Source of the DNA: a candidate division CPR3 bacterium GWF2_35_18
GTDB lineage: Bacteria; Patescibacteriota; CPR3; GWF2-35-18
DNA length: 64,000 bases
Assembly: GCA_001771135.1 (NCBI GenBank)
Contig: MESW01000003.1
Location: 136,719-200,718, forward strand
Reading direction: 5' to 3'
Shown here: one piece after another, positions 28,823 to 37,846 of the stretch
Layout of the letters: each line of letters starts with the position of its first letter
How positions within the stretch are numbered: the first letter of the stretch is position 1
The notes under the pieces: model-generated
Told to the model about the DNA's origin: nothing
Database searches by the model: none
What the model saw: only the letters and a program-made list of their open reading frames with translations
Made by a program: the position numbers and the translations under genes

Positions 28823-28873
28823 GGTAATACTCATCTATATTTATTGTAAATCAGAGGAAGATGAATATATAAC
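28823..28873. repeat. 51-bp palindromic dispersed element, copy A
   Basis: 41/51 identical without gaps to 52370-52420; inverted ends ATACTCATCT...AGATGAATAT. Confidence 0.75.
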
Positions 28874-28903
28874 AATAATGATATTTTAACAAAATTTCTA
28901 AGA

Positions 28904-29986
28904 TTATGATATAACCTTCAGCCAATTAACTGCATTCTTCTCCCATGAAAATTGGGAAATTTTTCGTTTGTTTTCTAAAACAAGCTTCTCTTTTTCTTTT
29001 GGAGTGAGCTGAAGTAATTTTTCTAGCTTGCTTTTAATATCGGAAACATCTTCAGGATCAACAAGGAACGAATAATCTTTACCTACAATTTCCGGAAGGC
29101 TAGAAACTCCAGATGTCAGAACCGGAATTCCTCTTTTCATGGCTTCTGCAACTGGCAACCCAAAACCTTCGTAGATACTGGGAAAAACAAAAAACAAAGC
29201 ATTTTTAAAAAGAAAGTTCTTTTCCGTCTCATTGACAAACCCTGTAAAAATAACTTCATTTTGCAAATTCAACTCAACTACTTTTTGGAAAACTTCTTGG
29301 TAATACCAACCTGTATTACCTGCAATTACCAATTTCGGATGCGTTTCGTTATTTTCAAATAAAAGGTTATATGCTTCAATGAGTCGCACTAAATTTTTTC
29401 GCGGTTCGATAGTACCTAGGTATAAAATATAGGGAAAATTGTAATCAATAAATCGATTTTTATCAGAGTCAGATTTTTTATCTAGTGATAGCCCACAGTA
29501 ATTAACCGTAATTTTACCTATTGAAACAGGAATTATATTTTCTAAATCGTTTCTGGTAGCTTCTGAATCTGCAAAAATAAATTTTGCTCGACGACATGCA
29601 TGAGTCAAAAAAAATTTCCCTGCAAGGATTCTAACCTTGAAGGTATGCAGTTGCGGAAACAGGATTGCCGAAAGATCATGGACAATGAGAATAGTTTTTG
29701 TTAAAGGAAAAAAGCTGAAAATAGTCGAATGCGTAGAGTAAAAATAATCGACCTGTTGTGATCTTAAATCTCTCCAGACTTTAAAGTACCAAAATACTTC
29801 ACTGGCCTTAAAGATTCTTTGTTTAAATTTTGAAGTTTGATAAGGCAAAGTGATCTCTGAATCACCGTAAAGCAGATACTCATTTTTATCATTTTTATTC
29901 TGAGACAAACCATATAAAAAACCTTTGACATAGTTTCCAATACCGGCTGTTTCTTTTAAAGCACGCACGTCAATACCAATTTTCAT
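28904..29986 (-). CDS. glycosyltransferase family 4
   Basis: MKIGID start; LGTIEPRKN; PSIYEGFGLPVAEAM. Confidence 0.93.
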   Translation of the reverse strand: MKIGIDVRALKETAGIGNYVKGFLYGLSQNKNDKNEYLLYGDSEITLPYQTSKFKQRIFKASEVFWYFKVWRDLRSQQVDYFYSTHSTIFSFFPLTKTILIVHDLSAILFPQLHTFKVRILAGKFFLTHACRRAKFIFADSEATRNDLENIIPVSIGKITVNYCGLSLDKKSDSDKNRFIDYNFPYILYLGTIEPRKNLVRLIEAYNLLFENNETHPKLVIAGNTGWYYQEVFQKVVELNLQNEVIFTGFVNETEKNFLFKNALFFVFPSIYEGFGLPVAEAMKRGIPVLTSGVSSLPEIVGKDYSFLVDPEDVSDIKSKLEKLLQLTPKEKEKLVLENKRKISQFSWEKNAVNWLKVIS

Positions 29987-29987
29987 A

Positions 29988-30890
29988 TTATAGCCACTCC
30001 GATCTATCTTTAATTTCTTTTTTGTATAATTTATAACCGTTAATAAAACCTCTCCAAGGAGCAATTATAGCTCTAGGATTTCCTTTTCCATAGTAAAACA
30101 TACATGAAAGTATCGGACGAATTTTATTGAGAATCCGTAAGACCAAATATCGATGTGGTAGATGCTTCATAAAGAAAAGCATCTCGTTTCGAAAAAAATC
30201 TTCATACCAAGTAATTCTATCTTTGTCACGAGAACCTCCTGAAGCCTTTAAATGTAAAACTTCAGCATGGGGATCAAAAACCAGTTTATAGCCTAATCGG
30301 CGAATCCGAAAAGATAGATCTGATTCCTCTCGAATTGCATTTCCGGTAAAATTTTCATCAAAACCATGAACTTTATCAAGAAAATCTTTTCGAAAAGAAG
30401 CATTACAACCATGCACTGTCATAACTTCACAGCTAGTTTTAGAGCTATAATTGTCAATAAATCTTCCATCTTTTGTAACAAATCCAACCTTTCCCTCCTC
30501 GTCTTTAATCATGGAGTTATCCTGTACCTCGATCCTTCCGGATACTCCCCCAATATTTTGATTTTCATAATTTACAACATGTTCTGAAATTAAATTTTGA
30601 GCTGGCTTAATATCATCATCAACAAAAAGAATTATTTCCCCTTTGGCACATTTTAACCCATAGTTTTTGGCAATAGTTGTTCCCTTTTTTGAAATCTGAA
30701 AATATTTTATCTTCGTTTTATGATCATTTAGAAATTTAAGAGTTTCCTCTCTATGTCTGACTGATTGATCAACGACAATAATTTCATACTTCGGATAATC
30801 TTGATCAAAAAGGTACATCAAAGTATCACAAAGAGCCTTTTCACGATGCAAAGTAGGAATGATAATGGAAACAAATGGTCTAGTTTTCAT
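29988..30890 (-). CDS. glycosyltransferase family 2
   Basis: SIIIPT, VVDQS, FVDDD, EESDLSFR. Confidence 0.92.
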   Translation of the reverse strand: MKTRPFVSIIIPTLHREKALCDTLMYLFDQDYPKYEIIVVDQSVRHREETLKFLNDHKTKIKYFQISKKGTTIAKNYGLKCAKGEIILFVDDDIKPAQNLISEHVVNYENQNIGGVSGRIEVQDNSMIKDEEGKVGFVTKDGRFIDNYSSKTSCEVMTVHGCNASFRKDFLDKVHGFDENFTGNAIREESDLSFRIRRLGYKLVFDPHAEVLHLKASGGSRDKDRITWYEDFFRNEMLFFMKHLPHRYLVLRILNKIRPILSCMFYYGKGNPRAIIAPWRGFINGYKLYKKEIKDRSEWL

Positions 30891-32005
30891 TTTAACAACT
30901 TTAGAAACTCCTCTACATTTTTCTCTAGATTGAACTTCTCTTCTACAATCTTACGACTCTTTTTCCCCATTGTTAACCGCAATTTATAGCTACCAGCTAA
31001 TTCTGAAATTCTATCTATAAATTCATTGTAATCACCGTGTGGGACAAGAAACCCGTTTACACCAGATTGCACTAACTCTTTCATTCCTCCAGTATCAAAC
31101 GCAACTATTGGTTTCCCGCTACCCATGGCTTCTAATGCTCCCAAAGACATCCCTTCCGCCGGATGCAATGACGGATGAACAAAGATATCTGTTTCTGCTA
31201 GAAATTTTTCCTTATCGCTTTGAAAACCGTAGAATTTAATATTATGATTATGTTGATACTTCCCTTTCAAATCTGCAAGCAAATCTCCATCTCCGACAAA
31301 ACGAAATTCTACCTCTGATTTTTGAGGAATTATTGCTAAAAAGTCTTCAATCTTCTTATCAATACTCATTCTTCCAATATAAGTGGCAATTATATTTTCT
31401 GACTCTTTTGCCTCTGTTTCGGTTATTATATTTAGATCAACCCCATTATAAATTACCTGTATTTTTTGTGGCTGAATTTTTAAATTGTTTATTAGATCCT
31501 CTCTGGTTAAATCGGAAACTGCAACAATTGTATCCGCAAAGTGAGAAACAAACTTAAAGTATTTCCATAAAAATTTATTTTTAAGCCACGACGTCAAAAT
31601 CCCATGCTCTGTCCAAATAACATTAAACCCCAAAAGTTTACATATTGGTGATAAAACAAATTTTTCTCCAATGTCTTGAACGTGAACATTTCTTATTTTT
31701 TTCACAAAACGGAAGTATATAAGTAAGGGAAAATAGTAAAGGAAATATATTGGCTGTAATAAAATAACCAAAAAAGCTCTTTTTACTCCTCCAACCTTTT
31801 TCCCGTAGATATGAAAAACCGTTATCTTAAATGATTTTAATTTGTTTAAGATTGGATTCAGATTTGATAGAATAAAAACTTTAACTGATCTATGAATCAG
31901 TTTCTTGTCTAATTCTAAAGTATAAACTTCAACTCCTCCGATGTATGGAGAGATCAGTATTTGGAGAATTTGCTTCGGAAAGGATTTATCATTCGACATT
32001 TTCAA
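30887..32005 (-). CDS. glycosyltransferase family 4
   Basis: GGVE, IYNGVD, EGMSLGALEAM. Confidence 0.92.
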   Translation of the reverse strand: MKMSNDKSFPKQILQILISPYIGGVEVYTLELDKKLIHRSVKVFILSNLNPILNKLKSFKITVFHIYGKKVGGVKRAFLVILLQPIYFLYYFPLLIYFRFVKKIRNVHVQDIGEKFVLSPICKLLGFNVIWTEHGILTSWLKNKFLWKYFKFVSHFADTIVAVSDLTREDLINNLKIQPQKIQVIYNGVDLNIITETEAKESENIIATYIGRMSIDKKIEDFLAIIPQKSEVEFRFVGDGDLLADLKGKYQHNHNIKFYGFQSDKEKFLAETDIFVHPSLHPAEGMSLGALEAMGSGKPIVAFDTGGMKELVQSGVNGFLVPHGDYNEFIDRISELAGSYKLRLTMGKKSRKIVEEKFNLEKNVEEFLKLLK

Positions 32006-33458
32006 CCTTAGTCAAATCATTCTTTTTAAAAAGACTTTTTACGATCTTCAATTCTTTTTCACTAAGACCTTTCATCAGTAACAATACTCCAAAATAAACA
32101 ACAATCCCAACAATCACACTGATAAAAATATTCCCATCTCGAATAAGATAAACGATTACTCCCATAATAGTTCCCGAAATAATTGGTTTAAATAATAGAT
32201 AAAATGATTCTTTATTAAACAAACCTTTTTTAAGAAAGTAGATAGTAAAAATTATTAAACCAAAAACTTCACAGACTAATGTTGAAAGTGCAGCTCCGTT
32301 TAAACTTAAGTTTGCTCCCCAGGTGGATATTAAAACATATGAAAGGAAACTATTCAAAAAAATATTTATTCCCCCCACTAGATTTACAATTTTCATTTTT
32401 CCCATCGACATCAAAGTAATTACCTGAAAAGAGGTAAAAAATATAGCTAAAAGGGCAAAGGAAAGAATCTCTAAAGAAAGTGTTCCTCCAATAAAATCAG
32501 GACCATAAAGAAAAAGAATTGTTTTTTGGGATAACATAAATAGTCCAATACTAATCGGAAATGATCCAATAGCAATGACTCTAAGGGATTGATTTAATAT
32601 CGAACGAAAACGTTCTTGGGATTCTCGATATAACCTACACATAACAGGATAAACGGCTCCTAGGAAAAATTGAGGTAAAATAAGCAAATTATCAAGCATC
32701 TTAAAAGCAGAACCAAACCATCCCATAACTTGTTCTGTTACTAATTTGGAAAGGATAATTGAATTGATACGGAAATAAATCGAAGAAAAAATACTGTTTA
32801 TGGCAAAAGGGAAAGCTAATTTTAGATTTTGTTTCAAAAAATTCCAATCAAGATAGGAAAGAGAGAATTTGATTTGACCTCTAACAATCAAAGCTCCAAT
32901 TATAAAGGAAACAACCGAACCAACCGTTAGACCCCATACTGGACTCATAAAATTAGCACCGTTATAAAGAAGAAAAACAGAGATTACTAAATTTAGAATA
33001 CCACTTACTCCCCAAAGCAAAGCACTATATTTCATCTCTTCAAAGGCTTGAAAAAGAGATAGAAACAAACCAGAAAAAGCCCAGAAAGCCATGTAAATTC
33101 CATAGATATATGCAGCATTCATAATATCGATTGAATAGTTCAAAAAATATGTAATTACGATCAAGGAAAGATATGTCACACAGCCTAAAAATAATTTCAC
33201 GACAAATAAATTAACAAAATATTTTGAAGCCTGATCTTTTTTAATTGAGACCTCTTTGGTGAATGAAGTGGAAATTCCTAAGTCCGAGAAAAGGTTCGTT
33301 AAAGCTACAACGGAAGCAATGGTATAGTATTTCCCCAGTCCAACGTCTCCAATCAGTCTTGCCGCAATAAAAATCACAATCATTTGGGTAATTCGTGGTA
33401 AAGTATTTGCGATACTTAAGAATATAGTATTTTTTACGATTCGATGAGATTCAGACAT
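31989..33458 (-). CDS. Wzx-type flippase
   Basis: About 14 TM; SDLGIS; polysaccharide-export pattern; cluster context. Confidence 0.87.
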   Translation of the reverse strand: MSESHRIVKNTIFLSIANTLPRITQMIVIFIAARLIGDVGLGKYYTIASVVALTNLFSDLGISTSFTKEVSIKKDQASKYFVNLFVVKLFLGCVTYLSLIVITYFLNYSIDIMNAAYIYGIYMAFWAFSGLFLSLFQAFEEMKYSALLWGVSGILNLVISVFLLYNGANFMSPVWGLTVGSVVSFIIGALIVRGQIKFSLSYLDWNFLKQNLKLAFPFAINSIFSSIYFRINSIILSKLVTEQVMGWFGSAFKMLDNLLILPQFFLGAVYPVMCRLYRESQERFRSILNQSLRVIAIGSFPISIGLFMLSQKTILFLYGPDFIGGTLSLEILSFALLAIFFTSFQVITLMSMGKMKIVNLVGGINIFLNSFLSYVLISTWGANLSLNGAALSTLVCEVFGLIIFTIYFLKKGLFNKESFYLLFKPIISGTIMGVIVYLIRDGNIFISVIVGIVVYFGVLLLMKGLSEKELKIVKSLFKKNDLTKVENVE

Positions 33459-33460
33459 AA

Positions 33461-34171
33461 TTATTTAAACTCTCTAAATCTTAACTTTAGCATTCCCCAA
33501 AATCCGTCAAATATATTATAAGCATTCATTTTTGATTTCCCTCGCACCCGATCTTCAAAAACGACCGGAATTTCTTTAATCGTAAACCCGTGTCTTTTTA
33601 TATAAAATAAAATTTCATTTTGAAAGGCATATGCATTACTATAATATCTTTCTTGAATAATTTCCTCAATTACTTCTCTTCTGTACCCCTTAAATCCAGA
33701 AGTACAATCATGCACCGGTAACAAAAAGATAGTTCTAGCATAAAGATTAGCACAGGAGCTTAATGCTTTGCGAAATAATGGATAACGTAATTCCGCTCCT
33801 TCAATATGCCTCGAACCAATCACAACATCATAATCTGAAAGTGTTTTTATGATACGTTTTATATCCTGCGGATCATGAGAAAAATCTGCATCCATTTGAA
33901 GAAGATAATTAAAGTCAAACTTTTTCAGGGCATATTTAAAACCGTCAATGTAAGCCTTACCTAAACCTTCTTTTTTCCGTCGATGCAAAACAAATAGATT
34001 TAAAAACTTACTTCTCAGATTATCAGCTAAACTACCAGTACCATCAGGGGAATTATCATCAACAACTAAAACAGTTAAATTCTTAACTTTTAAATCATCA
34101 ATCTCTTTTAAAATCAAAGGTAGATTATCTTTTTCATTATAAGTTGGAATGACAACTAATGTTCTTGGCAT
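33461..34171 (-). CDS. polyprenol-monophosphomannose synthase (DPM1-like GT2)
   Basis: IPTYNE, VDDNSPDGT, GLGKAY, MDADFSH, DCTSGF. Confidence 0.92.
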   Translation of the reverse strand: MPRTLVVIPTYNEKDNLPLILKEIDDLKVKNLTVLVVDDNSPDGTGSLADNLRSKFLNLFVLHRRKKEGLGKAYIDGFKYALKKFDFNYLLQMDADFSHDPQDIKRIIKTLSDYDVVIGSRHIEGAELRYPLFRKALSSCANLYARTIFLLPVHDCTSGFKGYRREVIEEIIQERYYSNAYAFQNEILFYIKRHGFTIKEIPVVFEDRVRGKSKMNAYNIFDGFWGMLKLRFREFK

Positions 34172-34173
34172 TG

Positions 34174-34587
34174 TTAACTCTTTAAGCGATGTTGTTTCCT
34201 AATTTCATGATAACTAGACCAGACATCTTCTTCTTTCATTTTTTCCCAGGATAACATTTTCGCAATTGGAAATTTCTGCTCCTGAAGAGCTAATTTCTCT
34301 TTAACTGCACTAACAATATCTATCCCTAATTCATCTGACAGAGTAAAAAGATAATTAATGACATCCGCAAATTCGCGTTGGATTTCCCTTTTTTGTTCTT
34401 CTTTTTTTAACGAATTTTTGATTAGAGCTTCACTTTTCCACTGAAAATGTTCCATAAGTTCACCCATCTCAATCACAATAGATATCGCTAGATCTTTAAC
34501 GGTGTTATATTTTTTCCATTTCCGACGGTCACGAAACTCAAGAATTTCCTTCCTCAATTCTGCAATTGTAGTGTTTTGATCATTCAT
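34174..34587 (-). CDS. MazG-like nucleotide pyrophosphohydrolase (dCTPase type)
   Basis: FRDRRKW, EMGELMEHFQW, EFADV. Confidence 0.88.
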   Translation of the reverse strand: MNDQNTTIAELRKEILEFRDRRKWKKYNTVKDLAISIVIEMGELMEHFQWKSEALIKNSLKKEEQKREIQREFADVINYLFTLSDELGIDIVSAVKEKLALQEQKFPIAKMLSWEKMKEEDVWSSYHEIRKQHRLKS

Positions 34588-34589
34588 AA

Positions 34590-34967
34590 TTAAACTCTCT
34601 TTGAAATAAATTCATCTTCTTTTGTCCAACGAGGATTGGAAATAACAATTAATTTATTATTATTCGAAGCAAATAAAACTTTATGATGAATATTTGGAGT
34701 TATCACAATCAAACTCTCTTGATCTAAATTAACGGTAGATCGAATTTGGCTATCTTCATCATACGTATCTAAACTGATTTTTCCCTTATAAACCCAGTAA
34801 ATTTCGGTACTTACTTTATGAAAATGTCCTTTAGACGGCTTGATATTATTAGCAATGACAATACTTAAATTCTTAAAATCAGAAGTATTTAAAATCTCTG
34901 TGAGCATTCCACACACATCTGAAGAAAAACTTTTTTGATCACTTTTATTTTTAATAATCATAATCAA
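34590..34967 (-). CDS. cupin domain protein
   Basis: HFHKVSTEIY...PNIHH. Confidence 0.8.
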   Translation of the reverse strand: MIMIIKNKSDQKSFSSDVCGMLTEILNTSDFKNLSIVIANNIKPSKGHFHKVSTEIYWVYKGKISLDTYDEDSQIRSTVNLDQESLIVITPNIHHKVLFASNNNKLIVISNPRWTKEDEFISKRV

Positions 34968-35631
34968 ATTTTAGATACTTTTCGAAATAGCTATAAAGCT
35001 CTCCAGTAGCAACAACATCTTTCATACAATATTCTGCAATCTCTTGATGTTTTCCGGCATTATAATATTCAGTAACCTGAACTCCTTTCATTCCATCTTT
35101 AGGACTTTTGATCCCAAAGGCACGTGTATAAAAATGTAAAGTCTTGGGATAAAATAAAGCTCCATATAAACTCATTTGGTCCAAAAGATCGCAATGAGGA
35201 AAATTTTTGTAACGATTACCCATCAAGTTTTTGGAGGGTTTAATTTTGTTTATTGCCGATCGAAGTAATATAAAAGGAATATCAAAACCACGTCCGTTAA
35301 ATGTTATAACTTGTGAAGTTTTTGAAACCACTTCCCAAAATTTATTTAAAAGCTCTTGCTCCGTCTTTACAAATTCAAACTTGGTATTTTCATTTTCATA
35401 ACTTTGAATTTTATCTGAAACAGTTTGGACTAAACCTTTATTCTCTTTTAAGGTTAAATATCCTATTGAAACAACTTTACCCGTCAGAGGAGAAAGAGCA
35501 GTCTTTAATTTATGCTCTTCTTTTTCCTCTTCACTTTTAGCATATTTCAAAAGATAATCTTGCTCTTCCTCATTAAAATCCGTTTCAAAGTTTTCGCCCA
35601 CAGTTTCGATATCAAAAACAACTTGTGACAT
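34951..35631 (-). CDS. RNase H-like 3'-5' exonuclease (PolB-exo-like)
   Basis: FDIET, TFNGRGFD, YCMKD (ExoI-III, DEDDy). Confidence 0.88.
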   Translation of the reverse strand: MSQVVFDIETVGENFETDFNEEEQDYLLKYAKSEEEKEEHKLKTALSPLTGKVVSIGYLTLKENKGLVQTVSDKIQSYENENTKFEFVKTEQELLNKFWEVVSKTSQVITFNGRGFDIPFILLRSAINKIKPSKNLMGNRYKNFPHCDLLDQMSLYGALFYPKTLHFYTRAFGIKSPKDGMKGVQVTEYYNAGKHQEIAEYCMKDVVATGELYSYFEKYLKFDYDY

Positions 35632-35643
35632 CAGTTACTCCTT

Positions 35644-36168
35644 TTAAAAATTAATTTTTCGATCTAATTTCGATATTTTAATATCATAAATTTTTTCATC
35701 ATGACCCAATTTGGCGTTAATGAAAAATATCTCTTTTCCTTCAACAACGTCTTTGAAACAATAATAAAGATCGTCAACAAGCTCATACTCACTATCTAAA
35801 ACTTTATCTTTTTGAATCCAAATCAATTTTCCGTCTTCGGTTTCAGATCTGTGTGGAATCTTTTTTGTATCAACTTTCATCTTAAAAAAACACATCACCC
35901 AATCTTCTTTATACCCCCCTTCTAGCTTTACAACACCACAAAATTGAACTTTATCAGCACTGATATCATATCCGGTCTCTTCTTTCGTTTCTCTTAAAGC
36001 GGCCGCTAAATAGTCTTCTCCCGGATCCACCCTTCCACCGATTCCGTTCAATCTTCCCGGATCGATTCTTTTATTATCATTTCTTTTCAAAAACAGATAT
36101 TCATCTCCATGAAAGATAAAATTGGTCACTGAGGTTTGCACTTGTCGAATATACTTATCATCATTCAT
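35644..36168 (-). CDS. NUDIX hydrolase
   Basis: GGRVDPGEDYLAAALRETKEETG. Confidence 0.9.
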   Translation of the reverse strand: MNDDKYIRQVQTSVTNFIFHGDEYLFLKRNDNKRIDPGRLNGIGGRVDPGEDYLAAALRETKEETGYDISADKVQFCGVVKLEGGYKEDWVMCFFKMKVDTKKIPHRSETEDGKLIWIQKDKVLDSEYELVDDLYYCFKDVVEGKEIFFINAKLGHDEKIYDIKISKLDRKINF

Positions 36169-36251
36169 AATTAATCTTCTAACCTCTCAATATCTTACTT
36201 TTCATGAAGTGAAAACGAGCTTTGCTCATATCTTTGTATCCTTTATCTAAA

Positions 36252-36890
36252 CTATACTCCCTGTGCATCAAGAACTTTATTAACCATCTTATCTGCCTTT
36301 TTTAGCATCTTATTTTCGCGCGGAAGATGGATATATTTCACACTTTTAAAATCACGTTCGAGCTCTTTTACTTTCATCACCAACTTTTGTAGTTTGGTAT
36401 CTTTAATTCGATAAAGACCATTTAATTGATTAATCATAAGTTGTGAATCAGAAAAACAAACGACATATTTAGAATGAAAGTTTTTAACTAAGTTTAACCC
36501 CGTGATTAGAGCCGTATATTCGGCTTGATTATTTGTAGCTTTTCCTAAATACTGTTTGTGCTTCATAATAACTTCATCACATTCATTACAGAGAAGCATC
36601 CCAATCGCTGCTTTGCCTCCTTCTACAAATTGATTACCTCGAGAACCTCCGTCAGTATAAAGATGTACCTTATCAATTTCTTTCTTAATTGATTCTGGAT
36701 CGATATCGTCAGCTTCGATTTCTTTTCCGTTCAAGACCTCTTTGATATCTAAACCCAAAGCGGACATTTCATCAGAACCTTCTTCAGTTAAAAAAAATTC
36801 ATTATTTTCTTCAGAAATCCAATTATTAGATTTTGCCCAACAGATAAATGCTCCAAAAAGACTTTGCAAATTCACTTTATCTTTTTTCAT
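36252..36890 (-). CDS. ribonuclease HI with ~70-aa N-terminal extension
   Basis: YTDGGSRGN, TNNQAEY, SDSQL, AD..VN. Confidence 0.88.
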   Translation of the reverse strand: MKKDKVNLQSLFGAFICWAKSNNWISEENNEFFLTEEGSDEMSALGLDIKEVLNGKEIEADDIDPESIKKEIDKVHLYTDGGSRGNQFVEGGKAAIGMLLCNECDEVIMKHKQYLGKATNNQAEYTALITGLNLVKNFHSKYVVCFSDSQLMINQLNGLYRIKDTKLQKLVMKVKELERDFKSVKYIHLPRENKMLKKADKMVNKVLDAQGV

Positions 36891-37308
36891 AGTATTTCGA
36901 TAATACCTCCCAATGGTTAAAAGCTATTTGATTTCTATTCTCATTAATCTCTTTTTGTGACCAATATTTGATAGCTAGAACTTCCTCCTTTTTAATTTGA
37001 ATCTTCCCTTGAATCTCTCCGGAAAAAAATAATATCAAACAATGATCTCCAGGCACACTTATAAAATCATCTTTATAAAAAATAAATCGAGGGAAAAAGC
37101 TAACCTGAAGCTCTTCTTTGACTTCGCGGATAATTGCTTCTTCGGCTTTTTCTAATATTTCGACCTTACCTCCTACCAAAGACCATTTCTTTTTATCAGG
37201 TTCTCTAGCTCTTTGTACTAAAAGAATATCTCCAAATTTATTAAAAATAATTGCCCTAACGATAATTTTGAACTTCCAATGTATATTATTCACGTGAAGA
37301 ATCCCCAA
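36877..37308 (-). CDS. NUDIX hydrolase
   Basis: GGKVEILEKAEEAIIREVKEEL; start uncertain. Confidence 0.87.
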   Translation of the reverse strand: MGILHVNNIHWKFKIIVRAIIFNKFGDILLVQRAREPDKKKWSLVGGKVEILEKAEEAIIREVKEELQVSFFPRFIFYKDDFISVPGDHCLILFFSGEIQGKIQIKKEEVLAIKYWSQKEINENRNQIAFNHWEVLSKYYEKR

Positions 37309-37467
37309 ACTGTTACAGAAAGATTATACCCGAATTGAGTTTTGATTACTAGGATTTCTAATAAGAAAGAAACGGACTCACAACCACGGATTAAAAAATA
37401 AAAGGAACATTTTGTGTGGAAAAAACCAAGTTATATTTTGAATATAAATAGATCTAATTTTGTAAGA

Positions 37468-37521
37468 TGGTGGATATGAAGTGGACTCGGTTTTTGCGAA
37501 AGCGAAAATTTCCACTGACCT
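37468..37521 (-). repeat. degenerate duplicate of tRNA-Val 3' half with 22 nt replacing the T-loop TT
   Basis: AGGTCAGTGG[22 nt]CGAGTCCACTT-CATA-TCCACCA versus tRNA AGGTCAGTGG-TT-CGAGTCCACTT-GGG-TCCACCA. Confidence 0.75.
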
Positions 37522-37580
37522 TAAATTGCCAACAATTTAAGTAAACAATGTTCGAACTTAATTTTGATAGAATGTAAAAA

Positions 37581-37657
37581 TGGTGGACCCAAGTGGACTC
37601 GAACCACTGACCTCTTGAATGTGAATCAAGCGCTCTAACCAACTGAGCTATGGATCC
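37581..37657 (-). tRNA. tRNA-Val(CAC)
   Basis: Cloverleaf; anticodon loop TTCACAT; GGTTCGAGTCC; CCA. Confidence 0.96.
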
Positions 37658-37846
37658 TCAAAAATTATAAACGGCCTCTATTTTATCACAATATTATGCT
37701 TCATTGATACAAAATTATAAATTGCAAATCAAAATATTTCCGATATATATTTAATATTACTAAGATTTAAAAAATGTAATTTAAGTATAACCAGAATTTA
37801 CAATAATCCAATTTACAATCTGATTAATTCAGGTATAATCTTTATT

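Noticed and set aside
36179-36229. 16-codon minus-strand ORF MSKARFHFMKSKILRG
   Set aside because: No codon clustering or terminator; likely chance.
37454-37642. 62-aa ORF
   Set aside because: It is a translation of tRNA-Val and its trailer.
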